Source: a virus (Duplodnaviria; Caudoviricetes). Taken from it: a stretch of 64,000 nt of DNA. Shown one piece after another: positions 9,891 through 19,827 of the stretch. How positions within the stretch are numbered: the stretch's first letter is position 1; each line of letters begins with the position of its first letter. The notes under the pieces are model-generated. The model worked only from the letters and a program-made list of their open reading frames with translations. It was not told the DNA's origin and ran no database searches. The DNA lies in IMG/VR virus record IMGVR_UViG_3300046615_000208, positions 32,001-96,000 of that record. One strand, 5' to 3'. The position numbers were made by a program, and so were the translations under genes.

Positions 9891-11579
9891 ATGGGCGAGA
9901 CTCAAATCCTCAACACGCTCTACAAGGAGCTACGTCTAGACAACTGGTGGAAAGACCTACTAGGCCAACCGGCATCCTATGAAGACTTCGATATCTACAA
10001 GGCAATGGAATCCATTCCGCGTACAGAAGCTTCTGCTGCTGCTGCAATTAGTAAGAAACTGGAAAACTACCTATCGTTCGTAGAACTAACGGGTAGATGG
10101 TACATCTGGGATGCCCGTATCCACACACCGTGTGACGGTGAAGGGATCGCGGTCAAAATCGTCAAACTCTTCTACCAGACACTACGTGACGCCTTGGCTT
10201 TTGTCAAGGACTTCATTACGCGTCAGGCACAGGCCGCACGTGTGGCCGGTGGCGACAAGACAGAAGAGAAAGCTGCTGCTATCATGGCAACATACGAAAA
10301 GGGCGAGTTCTCCAAACACCGCAACTTCCGTGACCGTATCGCAACCGATGCCGGAATCTCTGCCGTAGTCCGCATGCTTCGCACTGAGTGTGACGTACCC
10401 AGCGACTACTTCGAGAACGATCAGCGTTGGTTTGTCATGCGTAACTATGTTCTGGACCTTGATGACCTCCGCAAGTCCACCAAGGACAACTTGGTGTTCA
10501 CCTTGCTGGCGCACTCTCCGGAGAGGCCTGTCACCAAGTACTTCGATGCTGAGTACGTCCACGATGCCAACCTGCACCACTGGGACGGCTTCTTGGAACG
10601 CTCAATCCCTAACAGGGCGATGCGCCGGTACTTGCAAAAAGTTACTGGTGCTGCTATGATGGGGACATCGAAACTGAGAACCATTCCTAACCTGTACGGA
10701 CCTCCGGGTTCGGGCAAGTCAGTATTCATCAATACGATGTTCAAGCTGGGTAAGGAAGGTGCTGGATACGCTTGTATGCCTGACTCTAAGGCCATCATCA
10801 AGGTCTCCGGGCAGAACTTCGAGCAGGATGCCATGCGTAGCCGTAGGTTCATTGGCATCTCCGAACCAAGCCACAGCGAGCACATCGATGATGACTTCCT
10901 GAAGAAGTTCACTGGTGACGTGTGGGTTGAGACCCGTACGCTGAATGTGAAGTCCTCAGGCTGGGTTCCGCAGGGTGTAGTATTTGTTGCGTCCAATAAG
11001 CCGCTGCGAATTAACACCCGCGATAAAGCGATTGTCAATCGTGTACAGTTGATCGAATTCCCCATCGAGTTTCAAGCAGAGATGCCCGGAATGTATGTCC
11101 CGGAAGAGCGTCGTATGATTCTGGACCTCGAAGATTTGATCCTTGCAGACCGCAGTCGAATCCTGTCTTGGATTATCCAAGGTATGATTGATTTCGTGCT
11201 GGACGGCCAAAAGCTGTCTCCGCCCGAAGATGTTGTTGCTAAGCGAAATGAAATTGTCACGGACGCATCCACTGCCCTTCGCTGGGTGGATGAGTACGTA
11301 GATGAAGGATACATCCAACTCAACTTTGACGAGGACATGGACCTGAAGCACTGCATCCCTGTGTCAGACGCCTACAGCGCTTACACACTTTGGGCTGCGC
11401 TTGCTGGCGAGCGTAAGCCGCTGAGTAGGAAATTCTTTACTCAGGACATTGAAAACAAGTTCCAAGAGAAGCAAAAGGATGAAGATGGTGTGTGGAGGCT
11501 CACAGGTTTCGTGATGACCGCCAAATACCTGACCCGTTCCGCAGCAGCCCAGTCTCCACAGGCAGTTGCTCGGTTCTAG
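9891..11579 (+). CDS. D5/P4-alpha-like SF3 helicase
   Basis: W.IWD D5-N-like region, YLQKVTG, GPPGSGKS, ISE, LKKFTGD, ASNKPL, RVQLIEF. Confidence 0.88.
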   Translation: MGETQILNTLYKELRLDNWWKDLLGQPASYEDFDIYKAMESIPRTEASAAAAISKKLENYLSFVELTGRWYIWDARIHTPCDGEGIAVKIVKLFYQTLRDALAFVKDFITRQAQAARVAGGDKTEEKAAAIMATYEKGEFSKHRNFRDRIATDAGISAVVRMLRTECDVPSDYFENDQRWFVMRNYVLDLDDLRKSTKDNLVFTLLAHSPERPVTKYFDAEYVHDANLHHWDGFLERSIPNRAMRRYLQKVTGAAMMGTSKLRTIPNLYGPPGSGKSVFINTMFKLGKEGAGYACMPDSKAIIKVSGQNFEQDAMRSRRFIGISEPSHSEHIDDDFLKKFTGDVWVETRTLNVKSSGWVPQGVVFVASNKPLRINTRDKAIVNRVQLIEFPIEFQAEMPGMYVPEERRMILDLEDLILADRSRILSWIIQGMIDFVLDGQKLSPPEDVVAKRNEIVTDASTALRWVDEYVDEGYIQLNFDEDMDLKHCIPVSDAYSAYTLWAALAGERKPLSRKFFTQDIENKFQEKQKDEDGVWRLTGFVMTAKYLTRSAAAQSPQAVARF

Positions 11580-11619
11580 TCATTTTGCTTAACCACCCCC
11601 AAAATGATAGGATATAACC

Positions 11620-11979
11620 ATGAACATCACAGAGAGCGATTCAAACATCGACATTGAAGAAGTCCGCGAAATTGTCACCAATGATTTCAAAGGTGACAAA
11701 ATCGAAAGGCTTCTGTACGAAGCAGGCCTAGATACTGAACATAAGGTTGGCGAAGAAGGAACTACGGTTTTGGAAATCACAGCAGAAAATGTTACAGTCA
11801 TCATGTCAGAAACATGGGAGGCCGATGGTGAGTGGTATATTGATCCCGCAACTGTAATTCTGGACGTACTCGTGAACAGGAACTTCGTCAACACCTCGTT
11901 CCCGGATCGAAAAGAAATCCCCTCGGAGAACGAACTGGTAGCGTACATCACTAACATCTTCGAGGAAGAACTTAACTAG
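11620..11979 (+). CDS. Hypothetical acidic protein
   Basis: 119-aa ORF. Confidence 0.65.
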   Translation: MNITESDSNIDIEEVREIVTNDFKGDKIERLLYEAGLDTEHKVGEEGTTVLEITAENVTVIMSETWEADGEWYIDPATVILDVLVNRNFVNTSFPDRKEIPSENELVAYITNIFEEELN

Positions 11980-11982
11980 GAG

Positions 11983-12011
11983 TTGACAGGGCTTATCTAC
12001 CCCTGTAAGCT
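11983..12011 (+). promoter_or_regulatory. SigA-type promoter
   Basis: TTGACA-17 bp-TAAGCT, then A/C-rich leader and AAGGA RBS. Confidence 0.75.
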
Positions 12012-12055
12012 GTAGATACAAAGCAAGACAAACCCAAACAGAAAAGGAAAATGAA

Positions 12056-12454
12056 ATGGCAACTGCAACCAAGTCTGAGACAAAAGTGACTGCGCCTGCT
12101 CCGGGTCTCACCCCGGAAGAGATCGAAGCGGCTGAGGCGGAACAGGTCTTCCCGATCTCCCGCGAAGGCCTGATCGCCCAGCGTCGGTACCACCGTCTCG
12201 CGAACAAGATCAAGGAACTGAAGGCGGAACAGGATGAGGCACAGGCCTTCCTCGAAGCTGAATGCGCCTCCAAGGGTGCCAAGAAGCTCACCTACAAGGG
12301 TGTCGTGGCTGTGGAGATCGTCGGTACCACCAAGACCACCAACGACTACAAGGGTCTGTGGGCCAAGTTCCCGGCAATCCAGCAGGTCTTCGTGTCTGAG
12401 TTCCAGACCAAGGACACCGACGCTACCCGCTTCGATGCAAAGAAGCCCGTCTAA
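12056..12454 (+). CDS. Hypothetical protein (coiled-coil N-terminus)
   Basis: 132-aa ORF, strong RBS. Confidence 0.75.
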   Translation: MATATKSETKVTAPAPGLTPEEIEAAEAEQVFPISREGLIAQRRYHRLANKIKELKAEQDEAQAFLEAECASKGAKKLTYKGVVAVEIVGTTKTTNDYKGLWAKFPAIQQVFVSEFQTKDTDATRFDAKKPV

Positions 12455-12963
12455 TGAGCGAAATCCAGACAGTAGCGGTTCGGCTCTCAGAAGATGTACG
12501 CGGCAAGACGGCTAGGGCAAGTTCCGTCAGGCACTACGATGAAAATCTGGCCAAGGTCTTCCCGTACTTCATCGTAGGCGATCCGGGACTGATCGGAGAA
12601 TTCTCTGACACCCTCAGTGATGGGTACACCCACGATGGGTATGGCCCATTCTGGCCCAGCTTCGCTTCCGTCAATGATGGTAGGGGAGATGGGAAGGTTC
12701 TGTGGATTTCCGAGGCAGGCCTTGGTTGTCTGCTTACGAAACACCAGAATGATTACATTTTTGACGTACAGGAAAGGCAATAGTATGGCAAAGACAAATG
12801 CACAGGTGGCACTCGAAGCTGCCGCTGAAATTGCTAAAGCAGGGGCGCAGTCGGGAAGCGGAGGAATTGGATGGCTTAGTACTAACGATGTACTAAGAAC
12901 CGCAGATGCTTTCTACAACTGGCTTGAAAGAAAGTAATAGCTTGTGATATAATAATCACATAT

Positions 12964-13052
12964 GCAGAACGGCGGGAAACGTTCTGTCGCTGGTTGAGAT
13001 GAGGCTCCCGGCTGGTGAGTATCCCCGATGCCCCATTCCGGGGATACTCACC
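12964..13052 (+). ncRNA. Candidate structured RNA or 5' leader
   Basis: After TGTGATATAAT (12943-12953): hairpins GCAGAACG...CGTTCTGT and GGTGAGTATCCCC...GGGGATACTCACC (13-bp perfect stem). Confidence 0.35.
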
Positions 13053-13709
13053 CTCTAGTTTCACCAATGAAAACAACAAGAAAGAGAAAATATACATGGA
13101 TAGCGTAGAAGACGACCTTCACTTCAACCGTATCGGACTGCCGGATGCTGATGCAACCAACTGGCGGACTCGTGCAGAGTATTTCATCGGTGAAGAGGAA
13201 GTCGAGTACAAGGGTTTCCGGGTCGAAGAGGGCAAGTTCCCCATCGTCACCATCACGGCCAAGGACAAGGAAACACTGGATCGAGTCTTCGATATGGTGA
13301 TCGCCTACTCTGACTCGCTGGAACCCGCTGCATGACAGAAGACGAAGCCCCCAAGGAATTGGGAGATGGTGAGTGGGAAAATGTGTACACCGCCACTGAA
13401 GTCTCTAAACCATGGGAACCCGTTACCCCTAGAGAGGGGAGCAGGCTCTTCATCCAGATCGCGCAGGGTAAGCTTGCTGAATACCTCTACGAGGATGGCC
13501 GCTACAATCTGGTAGGTGAAGACCCCAATGACTGAATTCGAGAATGTACTGGAAGTTCTTCGATACAACGCCCGATGTCACCGGGTTTCGGTACTGATGG
13601 GAACCAAGGGAGCCTTCGGGGCAACGTACGAGGAAGCCGTGAAGTCTCAAGTACAGCTTGACGAGTACGAGAAAGCTATCGAGATTCTGGAAAACTACAA
13701 GGCATAAGA

Positions 13710-13750
13710 AAAGACCCCCTAGTCTAATTACAGACTGGGGGGTCCTTTTC
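13710..13750. terminator. Bidirectional terminator between convergent units
   Basis: AAAAGACCCCCTAGTCT...AGACTGGGGGGTCCTTTT between the + block and terL. Confidence 0.8.
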
Positions 13751-13751
13751 G

Positions 13752-15215
13752 TTATCCGAATCTGGAGCTTCTGCTGCCAAAACCACCGGCTCTTTGGACC
13801 GGACGCTTGGAGGACACACGACCGGCTCCGCGCCCCTGTGGGAGCCTCAAATCTGCCGGTGAGGTAATCTTGCTCCTGTATGCCCTGAGGCCGGGAGGCG
13901 GGTCAATAAGGGCCGCTATGACCCCCCAAACCATGGCATCCATGCGGTCAGGTGAGGACTTGGTGTTCTCCGGGTCGAAGAACATCATTTGGTCGGTCAA
14001 ATCCGGCATCTCGTCCACGAGCTTGACTCGCTTCTGCTGCATGGCAACGATGACCGGTTCGGCCCTCTTGTGCTTACCATGGTGCGCGTTGACCAAGAAC
14101 ACCTTCAGGTTCGGGTCCTTGGCATTGATGACAGACTGTAGAAGCTGTCGGCCTTGGTTGCCTTCAACCACGATGAACTTGGTTCGATGCTCCTTGGCTG
14201 CGTTTACCACGCGGTCCACCCAGATGTCAACCGATCCCTTGATGGAATAGTCTTCAAGGATGTACGCGGTTCTGTCTCTAGGACGCTGCTCGCCAGTTAC
14301 ACCCACAGCAACAATACCACATTCGTCGGCAGGACGCTCGGCCACAGACGGATCGACTGCAATAAATCGTAGTGGAAGGTGAGGAACTTCCTTGGCACTG
14401 ACCTGTGCATCGTTGATCATGGCTTCGGTGAAGAACAGACCTTCCGCTTCCAGAAGCATTTCCCCGAATAGCTCTTGCTTTGCGAGGTCCGATCCCTCAT
14501 ACTGGGAAGTGATGTCATCGAGGTATGCAGCAGACAGGGATGAGTTGTCATAGGTCGAACCCTTGACAATCTTGATACGCCTTGCTGGGTCCTCAGAGTC
14601 CTTGATGAGGTCTTTCATCAGCTTGGTACGTTTAGGCGTAGTGGTACCGAAGATTTGCGGGTTCTTACCTTCACGAACGGCGAACAGGAGGTTGGCCCAT
14701 GCCGTGGTGCCAGCGTCATCCACTGTAGCCTTCAGAGCCGCTAGCTCGTCTGCCCAACCGTAGTGCGCGGACGGACCACGAAGCTGGTCAGGTTTTTCCG
14801 AGGATGTGCACAGGGCGTAGGAGCCACCCGGCCATTCCAGTCTACGCTTGGATGGGATGTATTCGGGCTTGTTATTTGGTGGGGAACACTCTAGAATAGC
14901 CTTGACCATAACGTCTCGAACGTCAGCGCTGGTTCGGCCAAGCAGTAGGATTTCGATGGGCTTACCGGCAAGGTCAGCCTGTTCCACCTTGGAGCGGACC
15001 CATTCGGCTCCTGCTCTTGATTTACCCCAACCACGCCCAGCGAGTGCAAGGAAGATACGCCAAGAGCCGTCTTCAGGGGGACGCTGTTCCGGCCTGCCCC
15101 AGATCGCCCAGTCATAGGCTAGTGCTTGGGCCTGCTCTTCGGTATAGCCGCCCCAGATTTCTTCTTGCTCTTCGAGAGAAAGCTCTGCGATCTCTTCCGC
15201 TATGGATTTTGACAT
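13752..15215 (-). CDS. terL: Terminase large subunit
   Basis: Walker A LAGRGWGKSR, LRGP...WADE Walker B, TTTP coupling motif, nuclease IAVDPS, VEGNQG, SPDRMDA. Confidence 0.92.
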   Translation of the reverse strand: MSKSIAEEIAELSLEEQEEIWGGYTEEQAQALAYDWAIWGRPEQRPPEDGSWRIFLALAGRGWGKSRAGAEWVRSKVEQADLAGKPIEILLLGRTSADVRDVMVKAILECSPPNNKPEYIPSKRRLEWPGGSYALCTSSEKPDQLRGPSAHYGWADELAALKATVDDAGTTAWANLLFAVREGKNPQIFGTTTPKRTKLMKDLIKDSEDPARRIKIVKGSTYDNSSLSAAYLDDITSQYEGSDLAKQELFGEMLLEAEGLFFTEAMINDAQVSAKEVPHLPLRFIAVDPSVAERPADECGIVAVGVTGEQRPRDRTAYILEDYSIKGSVDIWVDRVVNAAKEHRTKFIVVEGNQGRQLLQSVINAKDPNLKVFLVNAHHGKHKRAEPVIVAMQQKRVKLVDEMPDLTDQMMFFDPENTKSSPDRMDAMVWGVIAALIDPPPGLRAYRSKITSPADLRLPQGRGAGRVSSKRPVQRAGGFGSRSSRFG

Positions 15216-15230
15216 TGGTCTGCCTTAGTG

Positions 15231-15485
15231 CTAGAGTTGGGATGACTCTTCCACCGGAGAGACAATGAGGTATGTGGCACCCACAGGAAGGTCCTTAAGT
15301 GCTGCTGTATACTGGTCTGCCAGATCGACCGGAGTGTTGTCCGGAAGTGTGTTGGTCAGCCGGTACTGGTAGCCTGTATTCGGTGGGAAATACTCCGATG
15401 CAACATCTCTGGAGATATGGTCGGCGGTATCGTCGTCGGGAGTCTCGTTTAGTAGCAGGATAGCCCCGCTGAATTTAGTAGTCAT
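15231..15485 (-). CDS. Hypothetical protein upstream of terL
   Basis: ORF with ATG 7 nt after a minus-strand TATAAT (leaderless geometry). Confidence 0.6.
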   Translation of the reverse strand: MTTKFSGAILLLNETPDDDTADHISRDVASEYFPPNTGYQYRLTNTLPDNTPVDLADQYTAALKDLPVGATYLIVSPVEESSQL

Positions 15486-15492
15486 ATCATCA

Positions 15493-15551
15493 ATTATACC
15501 GTATGTCAAGGTACAAAATGTGTTGACATTGTATCTGTTTACTAGTAAACT
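15493..15551. promoter_or_regulatory. Divergent promoter pair
   Basis: Minus TACGGTATAAT (15503-15493) toward terL; plus TTGACA 15523-15528/17 bp/TAAACT 15546-15551. Confidence 0.7.
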
Positions 15552-15788
15552 GGCATTTCAAAAGGAAAGGAACATGATGAAAATCTATAAAGCACTCTTG
15601 AAGGTCAAGCAAGCCGCTGACCCACTGCGCACTACCCGAGGAATCACGAAAGAAAATCGGGATGAAGCAGTCCAACATCTTGAAACTCTGATGTCCTCGG
15701 TCAAACTCGCCCTTGATGCGGGGGCAACCCGCTATGACATGGTCTGCTCCGTTGCAGGCATGGTCCCCGAGTACCTGAAGGAGGCTTA

Positions 15789-16214
15789 GTGGAGAGCTTC
15801 ATCGAGACCCTAAAGTTCTGGAAGTGGCCCATCTATGGGATGCTTGGAATCACAAGCCTGATTCCTGTGTTCGTCGTGTCGGTTGCAGCACACTCCGCAT
15901 GGATGTGTCTCCCGATCTTTGGGGTTCCTGCTCTGGGCCTCCTGATCGGACTCGGAATCTACAACAACTGTGCAGAACTCTACCTTCTCTCGAAGAAATC
16001 AGGGCCACATTCTGGGGTCAACTACAAGCGCGTACTCCGCCAACTGGAGCGTAGACGTAAAGTCGCAGTACGTAAGATGTGGTCGATGAAGAATTACTCT
16101 TATGATGGCTCAGCCTACTACTCGGATATCATCAAAATCGAGAAGGAGATCGCAGAGCATAAGGGTATCGACTATGTAAGGCCGGAATATCTTCCGTCCA
16201 GTCGGTACTCCTGA
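15789..16214 (+). CDS. Membrane protein (2 TM)
   Basis: Two hydrophobic N-terminal segments. Confidence 0.65.
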   Translation: MESFIETLKFWKWPIYGMLGITSLIPVFVVSVAAHSAWMCLPIFGVPALGLLIGLGIYNNCAELYLLSKKSGPHSGVNYKRVLRQLERRRKVAVRKMWSMKNYSYDGSAYYSDIIKIEKEIAEHKGIDYVRPEYLPSSRYS

Positions 16215-16215
16215 G

Positions 16216-16282
16216 TTGACACTGCCCACTGATGCGTGTAGAGTCAGTGGTGTCGGAAGGGAACCGGCACCACTGACTTTTT
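16216..16282 (+). promoter_or_regulatory. Promoter whose -10/TSS lies in a terminator's left arm
   Basis: TTGACA 16216/17 bp/TAGAGT 16239; stem AGTCAGTGGTGTCGG...CCGGCACCACTGACT + TTTT. Confidence 0.7.
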
Positions 16283-16296
16283 GAAAGGACTTGAAT

Positions 16297-16974
16297 ATGC
16301 GACTCGAAGACGCACGAAAGATTTTCCGCGAAGAGATGAACCTGCACGGACTGGAGGCTTGGAAGCTGGAGGTGGTCAATCTGAAGACCACCGCTGGATG
16401 GTGCCAGACCCGTATGTGGAATGAGAACCCGCGACGTAGCTGGGGGACCATTGCATTGTCCGTCCCCTTCATGGAAGTCTTCGATGAAAAGGAGGTCCGC
16501 GAGACTGCCCGCCACGAAGTGGCTCACGCCCTGAACAACCCCAAGAATGACGCACACGGTGCAGAGTGGCGTAAAATCGCCCGAAGCATCGGCTCCACTG
16601 GGAAGCGTTGCGTCTCTATTGATGCACCCAAGGTTCAGTCCCGCTACACCGGTACCTGCCCTCAGGGCCACCAGTACGCACGTCACCGGGAGACGTGGAA
16701 CATGAAAATCCAGTCGCACTACTGCCCCGGTTGCTGGAAGCAGTACAAAGACAAGCAGCGTGCCTACATCACTTGGTTTGACAACCACACCCGCCGCACG
16801 CTAAACTCGACTACACCGGCCATGCCGAAGACGCTGGACACGTCGGTTCCAGTACGTATTGCCGCACAGAAGGTCTCAACGCCTGTGCGAAGGACTGTTC
16901 CGGTTCCTGCCAAGGAACTGTCATGGAAAGAGAAATTCGACCGGGGAATGGCCTCGTTCGGTGATGACTGGTAA
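16297..16974 (+). CDS. SprT-like zinc metallopeptidase
   Basis: ETARHEVAH (HExxH), HGAEW, Zn ribbon CPQGH...CPGC. Confidence 0.85.
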   Translation: MRLEDARKIFREEMNLHGLEAWKLEVVNLKTTAGWCQTRMWNENPRRSWGTIALSVPFMEVFDEKEVRETARHEVAHALNNPKNDAHGAEWRKIARSIGSTGKRCVSIDAPKVQSRYTGTCPQGHQYARHRETWNMKIQSHYCPGCWKQYKDKQRAYITWFDNHTRRTLNSTTPAMPKTLDTSVPVRIAAQKVSTPVRRTVPVPAKELSWKEKFDRGMASFGDDW

Positions 16975-17004
16975 GAAAGATCACAAACAAGTAAAGGAGA
17001 ACAT

Positions 17005-17799
17005 ATGGTGAAGACAGCAGAAGAGCTAGAGGCCAAAGTAACCGAACTCAAGCAGATCGGATCGCCCAGCGCCCTCTCTAAGGCCCGAGAACTGGAATGG
17101 GCACTGGGACATGAGGTAGAGGCTGATGAGGACGCAGACCGCATCACAGACGCTCTCTTGGGCAGTGTGAAGACACAGGAGCCTGACCTGATTGAGCAGG
17201 TCCCGGAGTTTGCCCGGACCCACAATCTCTACACCTTCTCCAAGCAGAAGGAAGCCACAGACAAGTTCAAGGACCTGACGTGGCCCGGACATGGTGCTTC
17301 CAAGGAAGAGCTTGATGAGTACTTTAAGATGCAACAGGAGAGGGAAAAGACAGAGCAGGAACGCACCCTCGGTAAGTCCTTCAAGTGGGAGAAGCTTCTG
17401 GGAACGGAACTTCTTAAGTCCACGCAGAAGCTCCTGAAGAAGAACAAGTCTGAAGACACCTACGACGAGGGTTTCTACACCAAGATTCCGGATGAGGCCG
17501 CAGGCATTTCGGATGCTGAACTGATCGCTTCGCTGAACCCTACCGGCAAGCACCGCCCCCTTCTGGACATCGATTTTCCAGCGGCTGTGATCCCTTCCTC
17601 CACGGAAGGCCATTGCCACCTGTACATCGACAAGGAACTGGAGTGGAAGGAATACAAGAAGCTCTTGAATGTTCTGGCTGACCTCGGCATCATTGAACAT
17701 GGATATCGTGGAGCCTCCTTGGCTCGTGGATATTCGGCACTAAGACTTCCTTGGATCAAGAAAGACGAAGAGGACAAGGTCGTAACTCAAAAATTCTAG
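17005..17799 (+). CDS. Hypothetical protein with AEP/PrimPol-like C-terminal motifs
   Basis: HRPLLDID, SSTEGHCHLY, ALRLPW. Confidence 0.5.
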   Translation: MVKTAEELEAKVTELKQIGSPSALSKARELEWALGHEVEADEDADRITDALLGSVKTQEPDLIEQVPEFARTHNLYTFSKQKEATDKFKDLTWPGHGASKEELDEYFKMQQEREKTEQERTLGKSFKWEKLLGTELLKSTQKLLKKNKSEDTYDEGFYTKIPDEAAGISDAELIASLNPTGKHRPLLDIDFPAAVIPSSTEGHCHLYIDKELEWKEYKKLLNVLADLGIIEHGYRGASLARGYSALRLPWIKKDEEDKVVTQKF

Positions 17800-17810
17800 A
17801 AAGGAACATA

Positions 17811-18536
17811 ATGTGGACTAAGGTCCTGAACTGGGTCAAGACCTTATTTATTGGACAGCCGCCAAAGCCGCCCATTGAATATATACCTGAATATAAGACT
17901 CCGGAAGTGTGGCCGTACGATTCTCCGAGACCACCTAACGAGGTCATCCATAAACTGAATATGGGGCTGGAAACAGTCAACGACCACATCATGTACCGTT
18001 CTCAGGATACCGGAAGGTTTGCTGGACAGATTCAGTGGGAGGGCGAAGTATGGCTTGTCAAGCACTTGACCTACTGGCTCGCCGGTGGTACACTGTTAGA
18101 AGGCCACAAGTTCGAGACGATCCGGGCCACCTGTGATTGGCAGAAATGTTGCCGACCAGATCACCTGAAGCCTAAATACGCTCCTTCGAAGAAGGTAGAG
18201 GAAAAGCCTAAGCCAAAGCAGCGCAAGCCTAAGCTCGATGTGAATATGGTGGCTGGACCTCCGGAGTACAAAACCAAACCGCAGGCGATCCGTCCGCACT
18301 CCAAGACGGAAGACGATCTACTGGGTGGAGACCGGACAAAATGCGTAAGTTCCAAGGTCTACTTCCCGGATGAGCCTGAAGCCAAAGAGGTTGCTGCTGA
18401 GTGGAACAGACGTTTCCGAACACCCGGAGGCCGTAAACTTTACGGATACACCTGTGACTGGTGTGCTGGTGGTCACCTGACCAAACAGAACCCGGAAACA
18501 CGCCCGAAGTACAAACACAAAGGCTCTTGGAGCTAG
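17811..18536 (+). CDS. Zn-binding protein, degenerate His-Me (HNH_3-like) domain
   Basis: TCDWQKCCRPDHL loop; C-terminal C..K.YF...YTCDWCAGGHLT. Confidence 0.5.
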   Translation: MWTKVLNWVKTLFIGQPPKPPIEYIPEYKTPEVWPYDSPRPPNEVIHKLNMGLETVNDHIMYRSQDTGRFAGQIQWEGEVWLVKHLTYWLAGGTLLEGHKFETIRATCDWQKCCRPDHLKPKYAPSKKVEEKPKPKQRKPKLDVNMVAGPPEYKTKPQAIRPHSKTEDDLLGGDRTKCVSSKVYFPDEPEAKEVAAEWNRRFRTPGGRKLYGYTCDWCAGGHLTKQNPETRPKYKHKGSWS

Positions 18537-18552
18537 ATTGAAAGGAAAATGA

Positions 18553-19077
18553 ATGACAACGATTATCGCAAAAGAGCATAATGGAGAGGTCATCATTGGA
18601 TTCGATTCACTCGTATCCGGTGGGGAGTCCTTCGAAATGGAACAGGACAAGGTCTTTGTCAACAATGGGGTAATCTACGGCGTTGCCGGGAGACTGTTGC
18701 TCTCCACTGAAATCAAGCACGCCCATATGCCTTCGCCCCCAACTGAGGTCTCGGATACAGATGGTTGGGTCTCAAGCACCCTGTCTCCGAAGATTCGGCA
18801 CATCCTCAACACTGTCAACCCACGTCGTGGTCAGGACGAATTCGGCATGCAGATTCTGGTTGTCGCGAACAACAGAATCTATGAGATCGGCTGTGACACC
18901 GCGTGGTACCGCAAAGTGGACGGAGTCTATGCAATCGGCTCCGGGAGTCCTTATGCCTCTGGTGCCCTGTCTCATGGTGCGACCATCAAGGACGCATTGG
19001 CAATTGCGGCAGAACGCGACTCGCACACTGGCGGACGGCTCACGGTCACCACTGCACGCAAACTGCTGAGCAAGTAA
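18553..19077 (+). CDS. HslV/proteasome-beta-like Ntn-hydrolase peptidase
   Basis: N-terminal M-T-T-I-I, GFDS, DKVF, YGVAG, AIGSGSPYASGAL, RDSHTGG. Confidence 0.85.
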   Translation: MTTIIAKEHNGEVIIGFDSLVSGGESFEMEQDKVFVNNGVIYGVAGRLLLSTEIKHAHMPSPPTEVSDTDGWVSSTLSPKIRHILNTVNPRRGQDEFGMQILVVANNRIYEIGCDTAWYRKVDGVYAIGSGSPYASGALSHGATIKDALAIAAERDSHTGGRLTVTTARKLLSK

Positions 19078-19779
19078 TGCAGAGCCTGCTCAAACGCCTC
19101 AGGAAGGCCTCTGACGACCTCTACATCTTCCGCAAGACCCGCAGTGACATCCGTAGCGCGGAAGCCCGTCTATCGGCCATACACTCCGCGTGGAACGATG
19201 CTGGGCCTGTGCCCGACTACCATGAGCATATGAAGAACAAACTGCGCCGCGACTGGCCCACCCTTGCAGGTGCTTTGGACGAAGCTACCAAGTAGTTTGA
19301 CGGAGCCACCCAAGTAGTGGTAGTATCGAGGGACCGAAAGCAAGCTGGGGAAAGAAAAAGAAAGGTCTGAATAACTTAATGGAAGATGCGATTGGAATTG
19401 ATGATTTCATTCTGGAGTGCTGGTCTATTGATGATTCTGGTTGGAAGTTCACGCTTTTCTCCGACCTTTGGTGGGAAATCAAAGCTGAGTCTGAGGACCT
19501 TGGTGAATTCAGGGCACACTCGTTGTACCACGATGATGTCGAAGTAACTCTGGCTAGGATGCTGGATCAAATCCGTAAGACCGCAGACGCGGTTCTCTAA
19601 CAAAGAAAGAACACTATGACTAGTATTACTGACAAGATTCTCAAGCAGCTTGAAGAGTACAAGCTGAAGTCCATCATCAACACCAAGACCAAGAAGGAAC
19701 GCTTCGCCAAGGCCCGCAAGGCTGGCTATAGCGTCGAGTTCGCGGTCATCTTCGCTACCCAGAAGTAGCCGACAAAAGG

Positions 19780-19827
19780 AAGGACCCAGTACTTGACAGG
19801 TGCTGGGTCCTTCTGTATGCTGTAGGT
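19780..19827 (+). promoter_or_regulatory. Hairpin with -35 in loop, leaderless promoter
   Basis: AAGGACCCAGTAC-TTGACA-GGTGCTGGGTCCTT, TATGCT, ATG 19828. Confidence 0.75.

Noticed and set aside
12960-13060. tRNA gene (also considered 46660-46860 and 60950-61060)
   Set aside because: No cloverleaf, T-loop GTTCRA or acceptor stem recognisable
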